From: an uncultured Chlamydiae bacterium
GTDB taxonomy: Bacteria > Chlamydiota > Chlamydiia > Chlamydiales > Parachlamydiaceae
Assembly: GCA_963754655.1 (NCBI GenBank)
Contig: CAVWGN010000001.1
Coordinates: forward strand, 2,432,001-2,496,000
Length of the DNA stretch: 64,000 bases
Reading direction: 5' to 3'
A model generated the notes under the pieces. It was not told where the DNA came from and searched no databases. It saw only the letters and a program-made list of their open reading frames with translations. Below are positions 26,745 through 36,378 of the stretch, in pieces (the stretch's first letter is position 1; each line of letters begins with the position of its first letter). Position numbers and translations under genes: made by a program.

Positions 26745-27173
26745 CTACTCGTTAATGAGTTCAATGCCCATTGAGCGAGCTGTTCCTAAGACGATGTTGG
26801 TTGCCATTTCCAGATCGGCGGCATTCATATCTTGCATCTTTTCTTCTGCAATCTTGCGTGCTTGTGAACGGGTAATTTTTGCAACTTTATCGCGGTTTGG
26901 AACAGCCGATCCCTTCGCTACACCTGTTGCTTTTTTCAACAGTTCAGCAACCGGAGGCTTTTTTGTTATAAAGGAAATGGTTTTATCGTGATAAACAGTA
27001 ATCACGGTAGGCAATACATCCCCCGCCATTCCTTGCGTTTTAGCGTTAAATTCCTTACAGAAAGCCATAATATTGACCCCGGCAGCACCAAGAGCTGGTC
27101 CAATTGGCGGTGCTGGATTGGCTTTGCCTGCAGGAATTTGCAATTTAATGATTTTGACAACTTTTTTCGACAT
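26745..27173 (-). CDS. rplK: 50S ribosomal protein L11
   Basis: [20 protein letters not shown]. Confidence 0.97.
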   Translation of the reverse strand: MSKKVVKIIKLQIPAGKANPAPPIGPALGAAGVNIMAFCKEFNAKTQGMAGDVLPTVITVYHDKTISFITKKPPVAELLKKATGVAKGSAVPNRDKVAKITRSQARKIAEEKMQDMNAADLEMATNIVLGTARSMGIELINE

Positions 27174-27389
27174 GTGAGTCCTCTACTTAACTGACCTGGC
27201 AATTGATTAAACACGTCGATAGAGGCACTCTAGTGTAATCTCTTTACAGGTTTTACTCTGTTTAAATACAAATAATTATAGGGAAGCCAAGTATACATGA
27301 AAAGAAAAGAAAACTCTACAGTTTTTTTTCTTTCTACTACTTTTCTACATTTGTTACCCTATTCTACTACTTCTTCACTTGAAGGAGTA

Positions 27390-27938
27390 TTACGCATTTT
27401 CATTTTCTTCAGTGATCTCTTCCACTTGCGCAAATTCCAGATCATCAACACGTGTGTCGCGGCCAAAAATAGAAACCAACACACTTAACCGGCCTTTATC
27501 ATGAAAAACTTCGGTCACGGTTCCAATAAAATTCACGAAAACACCATCTACAATCTTGACGCGATCTCCCATTTCAAATTTATGCTTTTGCGTCACTTTT
27601 TGCTTCTTATCTTCTAGATCTTTCAAAATTTCATTAACTTCTCGATCAGTCAACGGAGTCGGTTTTTCTCCGCCTAAAAAATCAATGACACCATTGGTAT
27701 TTTTGACATATTGCCAGGAGTCATCATTCAAATTCATTTTGACAAGGAGATAGCCAGGCCATAAGCGCTTTTCAACAATATGCTGTTGCCCTTTTTTAAC
27801 CTCGGAAACATTTTCAGTAGGCAACAAAATTTCCTCAATCTGATCGGCCATTCCCTTGAGCTCGAGGTGTTCTTCCAACGCTTTTTTGACTTTTTTCTCC
27901 TGCGTGGATAGCACTTGTACAACATACCACTTATGCAT
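27390..27938 (-). CDS. nusG: Transcription termination/antitermination factor NusG
   Basis: KWYVVQV, WPGYLLV, and KOW motif VKIVDGVF...VSIFGRDT. Confidence 0.97.
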   Translation of the reverse strand: MHKWYVVQVLSTQEKKVKKALEEHLELKGMADQIEEILLPTENVSEVKKGQQHIVEKRLWPGYLLVKMNLNDDSWQYVKNTNGVIDFLGGEKPTPLTDREVNEILKDLEDKKQKVTQKHKFEMGDRVKIVDGVFVNFIGTVTEVFHDKGRLSVLVSIFGRDTRVDDLEFAQVEEITEENENA

Positions 27939-28188
27939 GTGTTTCCCTTATCTTGGTCTCTAATATTTTGAACGGAACTCAACTTGTCTAAGGCATGTCT
28001 TAAAATGTTAATATGCTAGGTAGGAGCTCTTTTGTTCCTTAGCTGAGATTTCGATTTAAGGAATATTATTTAATATTCCCTTCAACACAAATCCAAGCAG
28101 AAAAAAACACTCGTAGCTAGAATGCTAACATCTTTAAGACCTACCCAATGCACTTCTTATTTTCAAGACACTTTTTAAAACAGCAACA

Positions 28189-28461
28189 TTAACCGGTGAT
28201 GAGGTGCAATAAGAAATTTAAACTTCCTAGGGTTGCCTGAATCAACAAATCCAATGTATAAATTGCCATCCCAAAAACAAAATTTGTTCCTACAACCACT
28301 TTGGTATAAAAAATTAATTCTTCCCGATTAGTCCAAGTGATTTTCTGAATTTCACTTTTGATATCTGTAACAAAATCTTGCATCCGTTTGGATGATAAGG
28401 TTTGTTCAGTGGTTGTTTGTTGGGGCTTTTTGATTTCCATCGATTTTACTTCTGCACCCAC
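28189..28461 (-). CDS. secE: Preprotein translocase subunit SecE
   Basis: EIQKITWTNREEL followed by one TM segment. Lies between tRNA-Trp and nusG. Start is GTG 28461 or ATG 28440. Confidence 0.9.
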   Translation of the reverse strand: MGAEVKSMEIKKPQQTTTEQTLSSKRMQDFVTDIKSEIQKITWTNREELIFYTKVVVGTNFVFGMAIYTLDLLIQATLGSLNFLLHLITG

Positions 28462-28496
28462 TTTTATACCTCTTTTACTCGTTCTGTCTAGGGCAT

Positions 28497-28569
28497 CGAG
28501 TGCGGAGGGATTCGAACCCCCGACCGACGGCTTTGGAGACCGTTGCTCTACCAACTGAGCTACACACCC
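28497..28569 (-). tRNA. tRNA-Trp (CCA)
   Basis: GGGTGTGTAGCTCAGTTGGTAGAGCAACGGTCTCCAAAGCCGTCGGTCGGGGGTTCGAATCCCTCCGCACTCG folds as a cloverleaf. Confidence 0.95.
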
Positions 28570-28639
28570 TCGTAACTGTTTGTCATCAAGAATGATAAAA
28601 AGGGCAGGCATTCGCCTACCCTTCATTTATCTCAATCCA

Positions 28640-29828
28640 TTACTTAATGATTTCGGAGACTGTTCCAGCACCAATTGTACGGCCACCTTCGCGAATCGCA
28701 AAACGCATCCCTTTTTCCATTGCGATTGGAGCAATCAATTTTACTGTAATTTCTACGTTATCACCAGGCATCACCATCTCAACACCAGCTGGAATTCAAT
28801 CGTTCCGGTAACGTCTGTTGTACGGAAATAGAGCTGAGGACGGTAACCAGTAGAAGAAAGGCTTATGACGGCCACCTTCTTCTTTTGTTAAGACGTAAAC
28901 AGGACCTTTGAATTCAGTGTGAGGAGTTGCAAGAACCAGGAGCAGCGAGAGCACATTCCGCGTTCAACATCTGTCTTGGTCAAACCTCTCAATAAAATCC
29001 CAACGTTTTCACCTGCACGAGCTTCATCTAACGTTTTGTTGAACATTTCAAGACCAGTCGCAACTGTCTCTCTTGTATCCCCTAAACCAACGAGTTGCAA
29101 TTTATCGTTAACTTTGACAACTCCACGCTCAACACGACCTGTCGCTACTGTACCACGACCGGAAATAGAGAACACATCTTCAACAGGCATTAAGAAAGGC
29201 TTGTCAACTTCACGCTCTGGTGTTGGAATTTGGTTCATCAACTGTTTTCATCAATTGCTTGATGGCCTCAACATACTTCGAATCTCCTTCAAGAGCCCTT
29301 AGAGCAGAACCTCTAACAATTGGAGAATTGTGGTAGCCTTTAGATTCAAGCAATTCATGGAGTTCCATTTCAACGAGATCGAGCAATTCTGCATCGCTTT
29401 CAGCCAAGCATATCGACTTTGTTGAGGAACACAACAATTGCTGGAACCTGCATCTGGCGAGCCAGTAGAATATGTTCGCGTGTTTGAGGCATCGCACCAT
29501 CTGTTGCAGCCACAACGAGAATGGCACCATCCATCTGAGCAGCACCCGTGATCATGTTCTTGACATAGTCAGCGTGGCCTGGGCAGTCAACGTGCGCATA
29601 GTGACGGCTTTCTGTTTCGTACTCGACGTGGGTAGAGTTAATCGTAATTCCACGTGCTTTTTCTTCAGGAGTATTATCGATAGAGGCATAATCTCTAAAT
29701 TTTGCTCCGCCGGCTTCGGCGAGAACTTTGGTAATAGCGGCTGTTAACGTCGTTTTACCATGGTCAACGTGACCAATGGTTCCAATATTGACGTGTGGCT
29801 TCTTCCGCTGAAACATTTCTTTAGCCAT
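28640..29828 (-). CDS. tuf: Elongation factor Tu (split by apparent sequencing indels)
   Basis: [21 protein letters not shown] and [16 protein letters not shown]. The span of 1189 nt is not a multiple of 3. Confidence 0.97.
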
Positions 29829-29896
29829 TTTACTTCCTCCGTTAAGTCCAGTAAAATATATATATATATTGTTTGTTTGTTATAGTTTTTAAAGTC

Positions 29897-29968
29897 TGCC
29901 CAGAATAGGAATTGAACCTACGACCTTTTGCTTACCATGCAAATGCTCTACCACTGAGCTATCTGGGC
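29897..29968 (-). tRNA. tRNA-Thr (GGT)
   Basis: GCCCAGATAGCTCAGTGGTAGAGCATTTGCATGGTAAGCAAAAGGTCGTAGGTTCAATTCCTATTCTGGGCA folds as a cloverleaf. Confidence 0.95.
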
Positions 29969-30058
29969 AAGCCAATCTTTGCAAGCGCTTTCCTTTTTCA
30001 TCAAAAGGTCTGTCAGTATAAAGTGTTAATAAAAAAAAATCAACACTCTTGCTATCCA

Positions 30059-30277
30059 TTAGCGCTGTCTAAAAATGATTCTTGCCTTGCTTAAATCATA
30101 GGGCGACATTTCTACAGTGACCACATCTCCGACTAAAACGCGAATATTCTTCATGCGCATTTTACCACAAAGATGGGCAATCACTTTTAATCCATTTTGA
30201 AGGGATACACGGAAATTCATATTAGGAAGAAGCTCTTCCACCGTGCCCTCAATTTTAATTGTATCTTCTTTGGCCAT
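30059..30277 (-). CDS. infA: Translation initiation factor IF-1
   Basis: [11 protein letters not shown]...[16 protein letters not shown]. Confidence 0.97.
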   Translation of the reverse strand: MAKEDTIKIEGTVEELLPNMNFRVSLQNGLKVIAHLCGKMRMKNIRVLVGDVVTVEMSPYDLSKARIIFRQR

Positions 30278-30407
30278 GTTGTTGCTTGTTAAAAACTCGG
30301 TTTTTCAAAGCAAACGCGTAAAGAAATGCGCTTCTTTGAATTAGTGACTAATAAGTTAACATTTTATAGATAAATGTCAAGAGAAAAGTTAGAAGATTGA
30401 AAAATTC

Positions 30408-30727
30408 GGGTGTGATTAAATCTGGGAGTTTATATTTTTTAGCAGATCAATACAAAATGGTAGGGCGGCGGTAGCCGCTTTCAGTGGGAAGCCCCGTATG
30501 AAGCGAGCTTGCGAGCGGAATGCGGGGTGGGCATCAATAAAATATAAACCGCGGAAGCGGTGTGAGTGATCTTACGCTGTTTCCGCAGCTCAATGCTATC
30601 TTGCTACACCCCGCATTCCGCTCGCAAGCTCGCTTCATACGGGCTTCCCACTGAAAGCGGCTACCGCCGCCCTACCATTTCGTATTAATCTGCTAAAAAA
30701 TATAAACTCCCAGATTTAATCACACCC
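30408..30727. mobile_element. 320-bp hairpin MITE/REPIN-like element (second family)
   Basis: ~122-bp inverted arms (GGGTGTGATTAAATCTGGGAG... / ...CTCCCAGATTTAATCACACCC). 9-bp direct repeat GAAAAATTC at 30399-30407 and 30728-30736. Confidence 0.85.
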
Positions 30728-31159
30728 GAAAAATTCTCTTCAATGCTTATTTCAAATCCAATTCTCTATTTAAATGCCATAAACCCAAACTGTTGCACAA
30801 AAAATTCTAGATTTTATAGCACATCTAGAATTTTATAAAAAACATTGATAAGAGCTTGGAAAAGATTAGAATTTTATCTCTTAAATCTTCTCAAGCGTAA
30901 GAGGTTTCTGATTGTGTCTATTGACCAATTTCTTTTTTCTAGGAACTTCCAAATGAAATTCCAATTAGTGAGAATCAAAAACGCTCCTTCTTTCATCAAA
31001 AGCGGCAGCTTTTGCTTTCTTCCTCTTCCTAATAAAGGGGAAATGATGGCTAAAGCCTGCAAAATAAATACAATAGAACGAAAAGCTGATCGAAACATAG
31101 TTTTATCTTTGTTAATACCCTCAATATTAAAAATATCATAAATCATCATTTCTTACTAT

Positions 31160-31849
31160 TTAATTAACAAGCGCCAATTCTATTTCATCTTTTTTAGAAA
31201 TTTCATCCTGATCATAAGTGATCAAACCTTCCAAACAGCCTGATAAAATATAAACAGTTATCTTATTGGCGATATAACCCACTGTAAAGAGACCCTTTAA
31301 TTCGGGATAAGCATCTCCTGCTACAGCAAATATGTTATTAAGTCCGTGGCCTAATATACTAGGGGCTAAGCTATGATACTTTTCATTTAGATAGCCATAG
31401 GCTGCTCCATCTATATACGTGCAAACAAATTGCATAAGAAGAACTCCTGGGCTGTAAGGATTCATTAAATGTATGGCCGCGAACAAGAAAGCTGAAAAGT
31501 GAATGCGAACAATTTGTTCTATTCTTTCTTCTTGGTCAGTCGGTTCACGTCTTAAAATAAAAAAGTGCACCCCCTTTTCCAACAAACGCACTCCATTTAA
31601 TAGAATTCCACGAAAAATCAACTCTTCTATCATAGGGGCTGTGACAACAATATGAACAATGGCAACTTGCCATTTCGTGCTATAAGTGAGTTTTTTTTGA
31701 ATCTGTTGATTGGCAAGGTCTAGAAATATTTTCACCGCTACGATTTTGACAACTTCTTTTACCATTTGAAAAGCAACTTGAGTCACAGGATGTGAAATAA
31801 TGGGTTCGACGTAATTTTCTATAAAACGAGAATGAATAACAGGTTGCAT
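31160..31849 (-). CDS. CPBP (CAAX/Abi) family intramembrane glutamic protease
   Basis: EELIFRG, FAAIH and HGLNN motifs. Confidence 0.85.
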   Translation of the reverse strand: MQPVIHSRFIENYVEPIISHPVTQVAFQMVKEVVKIVAVKIFLDLANQQIQKKLTYSTKWQVAIVHIVVTAPMIEELIFRGILLNGVRLLEKGVHFFILRREPTDQEERIEQIVRIHFSAFLFAAIHLMNPYSPGVLLMQFVCTYIDGAAYGYLNEKYHSLAPSILGHGLNNIFAVAGDAYPELKGLFTVGYIANKITVYILSGCLEGLITYDQDEISKKDEIELALVN

Positions 31850-32180
31850 AAATTAGCATCTCCAATTAATTAGCATTTTTAAAATTTATAATGACCGCTA
31901 ATTCTAACAAACAAATGTAAGTGAGTCAATTATTAATAAATAGAATAAGATTTTCAAAAATTTAATATCTAATTGATTTTTATGTTTTAAAAATCAATCA
32001 ATTTCTATATTAGACAGCTAAATTTTGAAATAGAACAGTTTAAAATTAATTAAATTATTTTATTAAATAATTATTTTAATAAATAAAAATAAATAATAGA
32101 CTGAAGACATCGCATTAACCCGTCCCGTTCTTAGTCTGAATTGGCTTGCTTGACTCAAGCGAGAATTTGAGGCCTTCGGC

Positions 32181-32678
32181 TCAATTAAAAGGAAAAGCCA
32201 AACACAAGGTTAAGGCATTTAATCCTGGATTTTTGTGTGATAAATGAGCATTAGAAAGATGAAAGATTTGAATCCCTATGCGCATTTGATTTTTCATTTC
32301 ATAGACAATTTCTAGAGCAGAGCGAAACTCTATAGGATATCCTAAATCTCTTCCATTGCCTTTCCAATAGATTCCAGGGGAAAAACTAGGAGTTAAGATA
32401 ATTTGCTTGGTTAAATAAAATTCCCAACCAACACCGATACCCATATATTTTGAATACCGTTTGGAAAAAAGAAAAGTAAGTTGAGGTTTTAAATGCTTCC
32501 AAAATTGCGGATATTGATATTCAAGTTGAAAGACGCCATCAGAATAATGAGTTGCATTTGCCCCTCCCACGCCAATCAATAAAAAAGAGGTAGGCCTGTT
32601 TTCTTTCGCAAATAAGGCAGCCTTGATGTTCACGATAAGAAATAGCACGATAATAAATAATACAATAAAAATTTTCAT
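32181..32678 (-). CDS. PagL-like lipid A 3-O-deacylase / acyloxyacyl hydrolase family outer-membrane protein
   Basis: Signal-like N-terminus. LGYPIEFRS and FHLSNA...NPGLN motifs. C-terminal Phe. Confidence 0.8.
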   Translation of the reverse strand: MKIFIVLFIIVLFLIVNIKAALFAKENRPTSFLLIGVGGANATHYSDGVFQLEYQYPQFWKHLKPQLTFLFSKRYSKYMGIGVGWEFYLTKQIILTPSFSPGIYWKGNGRDLGYPIEFRSALEIVYEMKNQMRIGIQIFHLSNAHLSHKNPGLNALTLCLAFPFN

Positions 32679-32762
32679 TTGATAGATGTATTTATCTTTT
32701 TCAATTTAAAATCTTTAATTGTTGATTTAATATAGTCGAGATACTCAAATTGATAAGATTTT

Positions 32763-33620
32763 CTAAGAATTGCCCCTTTCATTTATCTCTTGTCTTTCCT
32801 GTTGCATAGGTGAAGCTGGACTCTGCGTAGATTTTTTGTAGCTAAACCAAGGCAAAAAAGAGCTTGTACGAGATTGGTAGTCACGATAAGGATCCCCTTT
32901 TGTTTGCAAAGCATAAGCCTCTGTCAAAGGTATTCCCGAACCTTTCAAAAGCAAGTATAACATAAGAATAGGGGCCATAATACCCAGCCAGCCAAAGGGA
33001 GAGGAAAAAGTCATGATACCATAACCTAACCAGACAACCCATTCGAAAAAGTAATTCGGATGTCTAGAATATTTCCATAATCCTTGATCCAACACCTCTC
33101 CTGAATGGATGCGATTTTGTTTAAAATATCCCAGTTGATGATCTGCTATTGTCTCTCCTACAATTCCACCCATCCAAATTAAAAGACCAAAAACCTCATA
33201 GGCAGTAAAAAAGGGTTGATTGTTTTGGCACATTAAAACAAAAGGAAGAGATAAAAAAGTCACGAGAAGACCTTGAAAAGCAAAAAGGGTGAAGATTTGA
33301 ACTAAAGGATGCTGAGCGAAAGGCCATTTTTCCAATAAAAGTCGATAACGCGGATCATCACGCTCCGGTAAGAAGCGTTGAGCTAAATGACAAACTAAGC
33401 GCAAAGCCCAAATGGAAACAATGGTTAAAATAAGGATTTTGCGCCAAATCCATCCATCCCCTAGAATAAAATCGACTAAAACAGCTAAAATAAATCCAAT
33501 TCCCCATCCAATATCCACAATACTCACATTGCGACGTATCAAATAAAGCAACCAAAATACAAACATCAAAGTTTCCACGACAACTAGGCTGGTTCCTAGC
33601 ATAACAAAAAATTGAAACAT
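32763..33620 (-). CDS. DUF1295 family membrane protein (steroid 5-alpha-reductase-like)
   Basis: VDIGWG, DDPRY and GLWKYSRHPNYFFEW. Confidence 0.9.
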   Translation of the reverse strand: MFQFFVMLGTSLVVVETLMFVFWLLYLIRRNVSIVDIGWGIGFILAVLVDFILGDGWIWRKILILTIVSIWALRLVCHLAQRFLPERDDPRYRLLLEKWPFAQHPLVQIFTLFAFQGLLVTFLSLPFVLMCQNNQPFFTAYEVFGLLIWMGGIVGETIADHQLGYFKQNRIHSGEVLDQGLWKYSRHPNYFFEWVVWLGYGIMTFSSPFGWLGIMAPILMLYLLLKGSGIPLTEAYALQTKGDPYRDYQSRTSSFLPWFSYKKSTQSPASPMQQERQEINERGNS

Positions 33621-33756
33621 ACTTCTTCCTCATTGATTGATTCACATTTGTAAGGATTTCTGATTAAAAATCCAGAGAATGATTTTCATATCAAAGAAAA
33701 AAAAGATTGATTAAACTAAAATTAGAAAGTTTATTATCATTAATAATGAGTAACTT

Positions 33757-34203
33757 ATGTTCGATTCTTGTTTAAAAAAACAATTTGAAATCAAAGAATT
33801 CTTTTTAGCATGTCCGACTGAAGAAGCGAAATATGAAAAAATCATTGAAATGGGGCGTCAGCAAAATCCGCTTCCCCCTGCTTATAAAATTCCGGAGAAT
33901 TTGGTTAAGGGTTGTCAAAGCCAAATGTATTTACACGCTTACTGGTCGGGAGATAAGATCATTTTTGAATCCGAATCTGATGCCTTAATTTCTGCAGGCT
34001 TAGCCGCTTTATTGGTCCAAGTTTATAGTGGAGAACCACCTGAGGTCGTGCTTAAATGCCCTCCTACTTATTTGGACGAAATAGGAATTAATGCAAGCTT
34101 GACTCCCAATCGAGCTAGTGGCCTTTATAGCATGCATCTGCGCATGAAACAGGAGGCGCTTAAAATGCTTGTGGAACGTGAAAGTAAGCAAAAGAATCAA
34201 TAA
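33757..34203 (+). CDS. sufE: SufE family Fe-S sulfur acceptor
   Basis: VKGCQSQ, ESDALI and LTPNRASG. Confidence 0.9.
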   Translation: MFDSCLKKQFEIKEFFLACPTEEAKYEKIIEMGRQQNPLPPAYKIPENLVKGCQSQMYLHAYWSGDKIIFESESDALISAGLAALLVQVYSGEPPEVVLKCPPTYLDEIGINASLTPNRASGLYSMHLRMKQEALKMLVERESKQKNQ

Positions 34204-34265
34204 AATAAGATCTATTGATTCTCCATCAGCCTTCTTATATTAAAAACATCACTATTAGATGTCGT

Positions 34266-35666
34266 TTACTTAAAGGTTTCTTCTATCCAACAAGGGGAAA
34301 TTTCCTCTAATTGTTCAGGAATCCAATTCTGCTCCATAGGAAATGGATTCTCTTCGGACAAAAAGGATTCAGCAGGCAAAGATTGGTTAAAATCAGAATT
34401 CGAAAAAAGAACAGTTTGAGGTTGCTCCAATTGTGGAGAGATAAGTTCATCTGATGAAGTAGGCTGATGCTGATCTGATTGTGTAGAAGGCCTAGTTAAA
34501 GGAACCTCACTTTCATCAAGATCCCCCTCTTCCTCCACTACTTGAGGAGAATGCGTTTTTTTAATTTTTTTTAAAGGTCTTTCTTCAATAGAAAAATGTG
34601 TTTCGCTTCTCGGTTGTTTCTTATTAGAATGAGATGTTGGATTCAATATTTGCCAACGGCGTGCACATTGAATATTTGTTCTATTAGAGAAATCCTTTGC
34701 AATGAGGTCCCATTGACCTTCTCCGATGCGTTGAACAGTTTCTCTTAATTGATTATCCTCTTCTTCTGACCAAGCGTTTTGTTTGATAACTGAGCTTAAA
34801 GACTTGTTATAGTTATAGTGTTGCCTACACTGCAGATAAGTTCGACCTGGAATGTGTTTGGCTATTTCCGCCCAATTTTCTCCATACTGATCGATAAGAT
34901 CTTCCAATTGATCATTTTCCCGTGTCGTCCATCTTCCTTGTTTGATCGTTGGGTTTAAAGATAATTTATAGCGTTGCCAACAATGGTTATTCGTTCTACC
35001 TGGCATCTCTTTGGCTATTTCTACCCAATTTTCTCCATGCTGGTCGATCAGCTTTTTCAATCGGTCATCTTCTTCTTCTGTCCATTTTTTTCTTTTTGTT
35101 AGATCAGTTGAAAGACCTTTTTTGTTATTGATAGAAAAATTTAAAGATCTTTGATAGTGTGCCATACATTGAAGATCTGTCCTACCTGTAATCTGTTTGG
35201 CTATCTCAACGCATTTTGCTCCCTGCTTATCGACAAGGCCTTGTAATTGCTCCTCTTGTGTCCATTCTTTCTGTTTGATAGTCGGGCTTAAAGCTCGCCT
35301 ATAGTGTTGCCTACACTGTAGAGCAGTTCTACCTGGAATTTCTTGGGCTATTTTCGTCCATTTTTCTCCTTGCTGATCGATCAGTTTTTTCAATTTCTCA
35401 TTTTCCTCTTCCGACCACTTTCCGTGCTTAATCGTAGGATCCAATACACCTGTCCAATGAACCTCGCATTGCCTATGAGTTTTACCAGGCATATTCTCTG
35501 CAATTTTCTTCCAGTTCTCTCCATATTCTTTGATATAACCCTTCAATTGAGCATCTTCATCATCTGTCCATTTTTTCTTAGACTTTTTCATAGAACCTGT
35601 TTCTGCAACATCAATAAAAGGTGCCATGAATTGTTCAGTATAATTATTTGAAAATTCTATATTCAT
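34266..35666 (-). CDS. Eukaryote-like Myb/SANT repeat protein (6 repeats, acidic Pro/Ser/Gln tail)
   Basis: Repeats of W(T/S)xEEDxxL...GxxWxxIAxxxPGRTxxQC. Start set at ATG 35666 by homology with the 15522 paralog. Confidence 0.9.
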   Translation of the reverse strand: MNIEFSNNYTEQFMAPFIDVAETGSMKKSKKKWTDDEDAQLKGYIKEYGENWKKIAENMPGKTHRQCEVHWTGVLDPTIKHGKWSEEENEKLKKLIDQQGEKWTKIAQEIPGRTALQCRQHYRRALSPTIKQKEWTQEEQLQGLVDKQGAKCVEIAKQITGRTDLQCMAHYQRSLNFSINNKKGLSTDLTKRKKWTEEEDDRLKKLIDQHGENWVEIAKEMPGRTNNHCWQRYKLSLNPTIKQGRWTTRENDQLEDLIDQYGENWAEIAKHIPGRTYLQCRQHYNYNKSLSSVIKQNAWSEEEDNQLRETVQRIGEGQWDLIAKDFSNRTNIQCARRWQILNPTSHSNKKQPRSETHFSIEERPLKKIKKTHSPQVVEEEGDLDESEVPLTRPSTQSDQHQPTSSDELISPQLEQPQTVLFSNSDFNQSLPAESFLSEENPFPMEQNWIPEQLEEISPCWIEETFK

Positions 35667-35773
35667 AAAAAAAATCCATTTAAAATTTAATAAGTAATTT
35701 ATAAAACAAATAAAATAAACCATAATTAGTTTTAATACCACTAAAAAATTATATTAGCAATTAATTATTTTTT

Positions 35774-35802
35774 TTGACAAAATCCATTTGTTTCGATTAA
35801 CT
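35774..35802 (+). promoter_or_regulatory. Putative sigma66 promoter for the deaminase operon
   Basis: TTGACA-N17-TTAACT, with a GGGAG SD before ATG 35851. Confidence 0.4.
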
Positions 35803-35850
35803 CGCTTTTAGCATAGGAAGTATTTTGAACCTTTAAAATAGGGAGATAGG

Positions 35851-36378
35851 ATGACTGTTAAGACACAAGAAAATAAGAAGAATTTGGAAGATTATAAAAA
35901 AGAATTTAACCCTGCATTTATGCGTAGAGCGATTGAGCTTAGCAGACAGGGATCGATCGTAGAGAAATCTGGCGGTGTATTTGGAGCTGTCATCGTAAAG
36001 GATGGTAAGATCATTGCAGAAGGTTATAACCAAGTGAAGAAGCACAACGATCCGACTTGGCATGCAGAAATGCAAGCGATTAGAGAAGCATGTAAAAAAT
36101 TAGGATCGCCTCATCTTGAAGGATGCGTCCTTTACACGAGCGCTGAATGTTGTCCAATGTGCTTAGCAACAGCTTATTGGGCACACCTTGATCACATTTA
36201 CTATGGCGCAACCACCGCTGATGCATTGAAGTATGGGGAGTTTGCTGATATTGATATTCTTGATGAGATACGCAAAGATCCAAAAGATAGAAGAGTGAAG
36301 TGGTCCCAACAGATGCATACAGAAGCTGTCGAAGTATGGAAAGAATTTGCCAAAATGCCTGATCGTGCGCGCTACTAA
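35851..36378 (+). CDS. Nucleoside/guanine deaminase (CDA/TadA fold, GuaD-like)
   Basis: FGAVIV, NDPTWHAE and SAECCPMC zinc motifs. Confidence 0.88.
   Translation: MTVKTQENKKNLEDYKKEFNPAFMRRAIELSRQGSIVEKSGGVFGAVIVKDGKIIAEGYNQVKKHNDPTWHAEMQAIREACKKLGSPHLEGCVLYTSAECCPMCLATAYWAHLDHIYYGATTADALKYGEFADIDILDEIRKDPKDRRVKWSQQMHTEAVEVWKEFAKMPDRARY

Noticed and set aside
28189..28626. 145-aa version of SecE in the ORF track
   Set aside because: The N-terminal extension runs through tRNA-Trp. The real start is at 28461 or 28440.
30845..31149. Two antiparallel ORFs of 98 and 91 aa
   Set aside because: They overlap each other in AT-rich DNA with no motif. I cannot decide whether either is real.
31160..31849. 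Abi-type phage defence system
   Set aside because: The CPBP/Abi domain name is historical. It is a lone membrane protease with no defence context.
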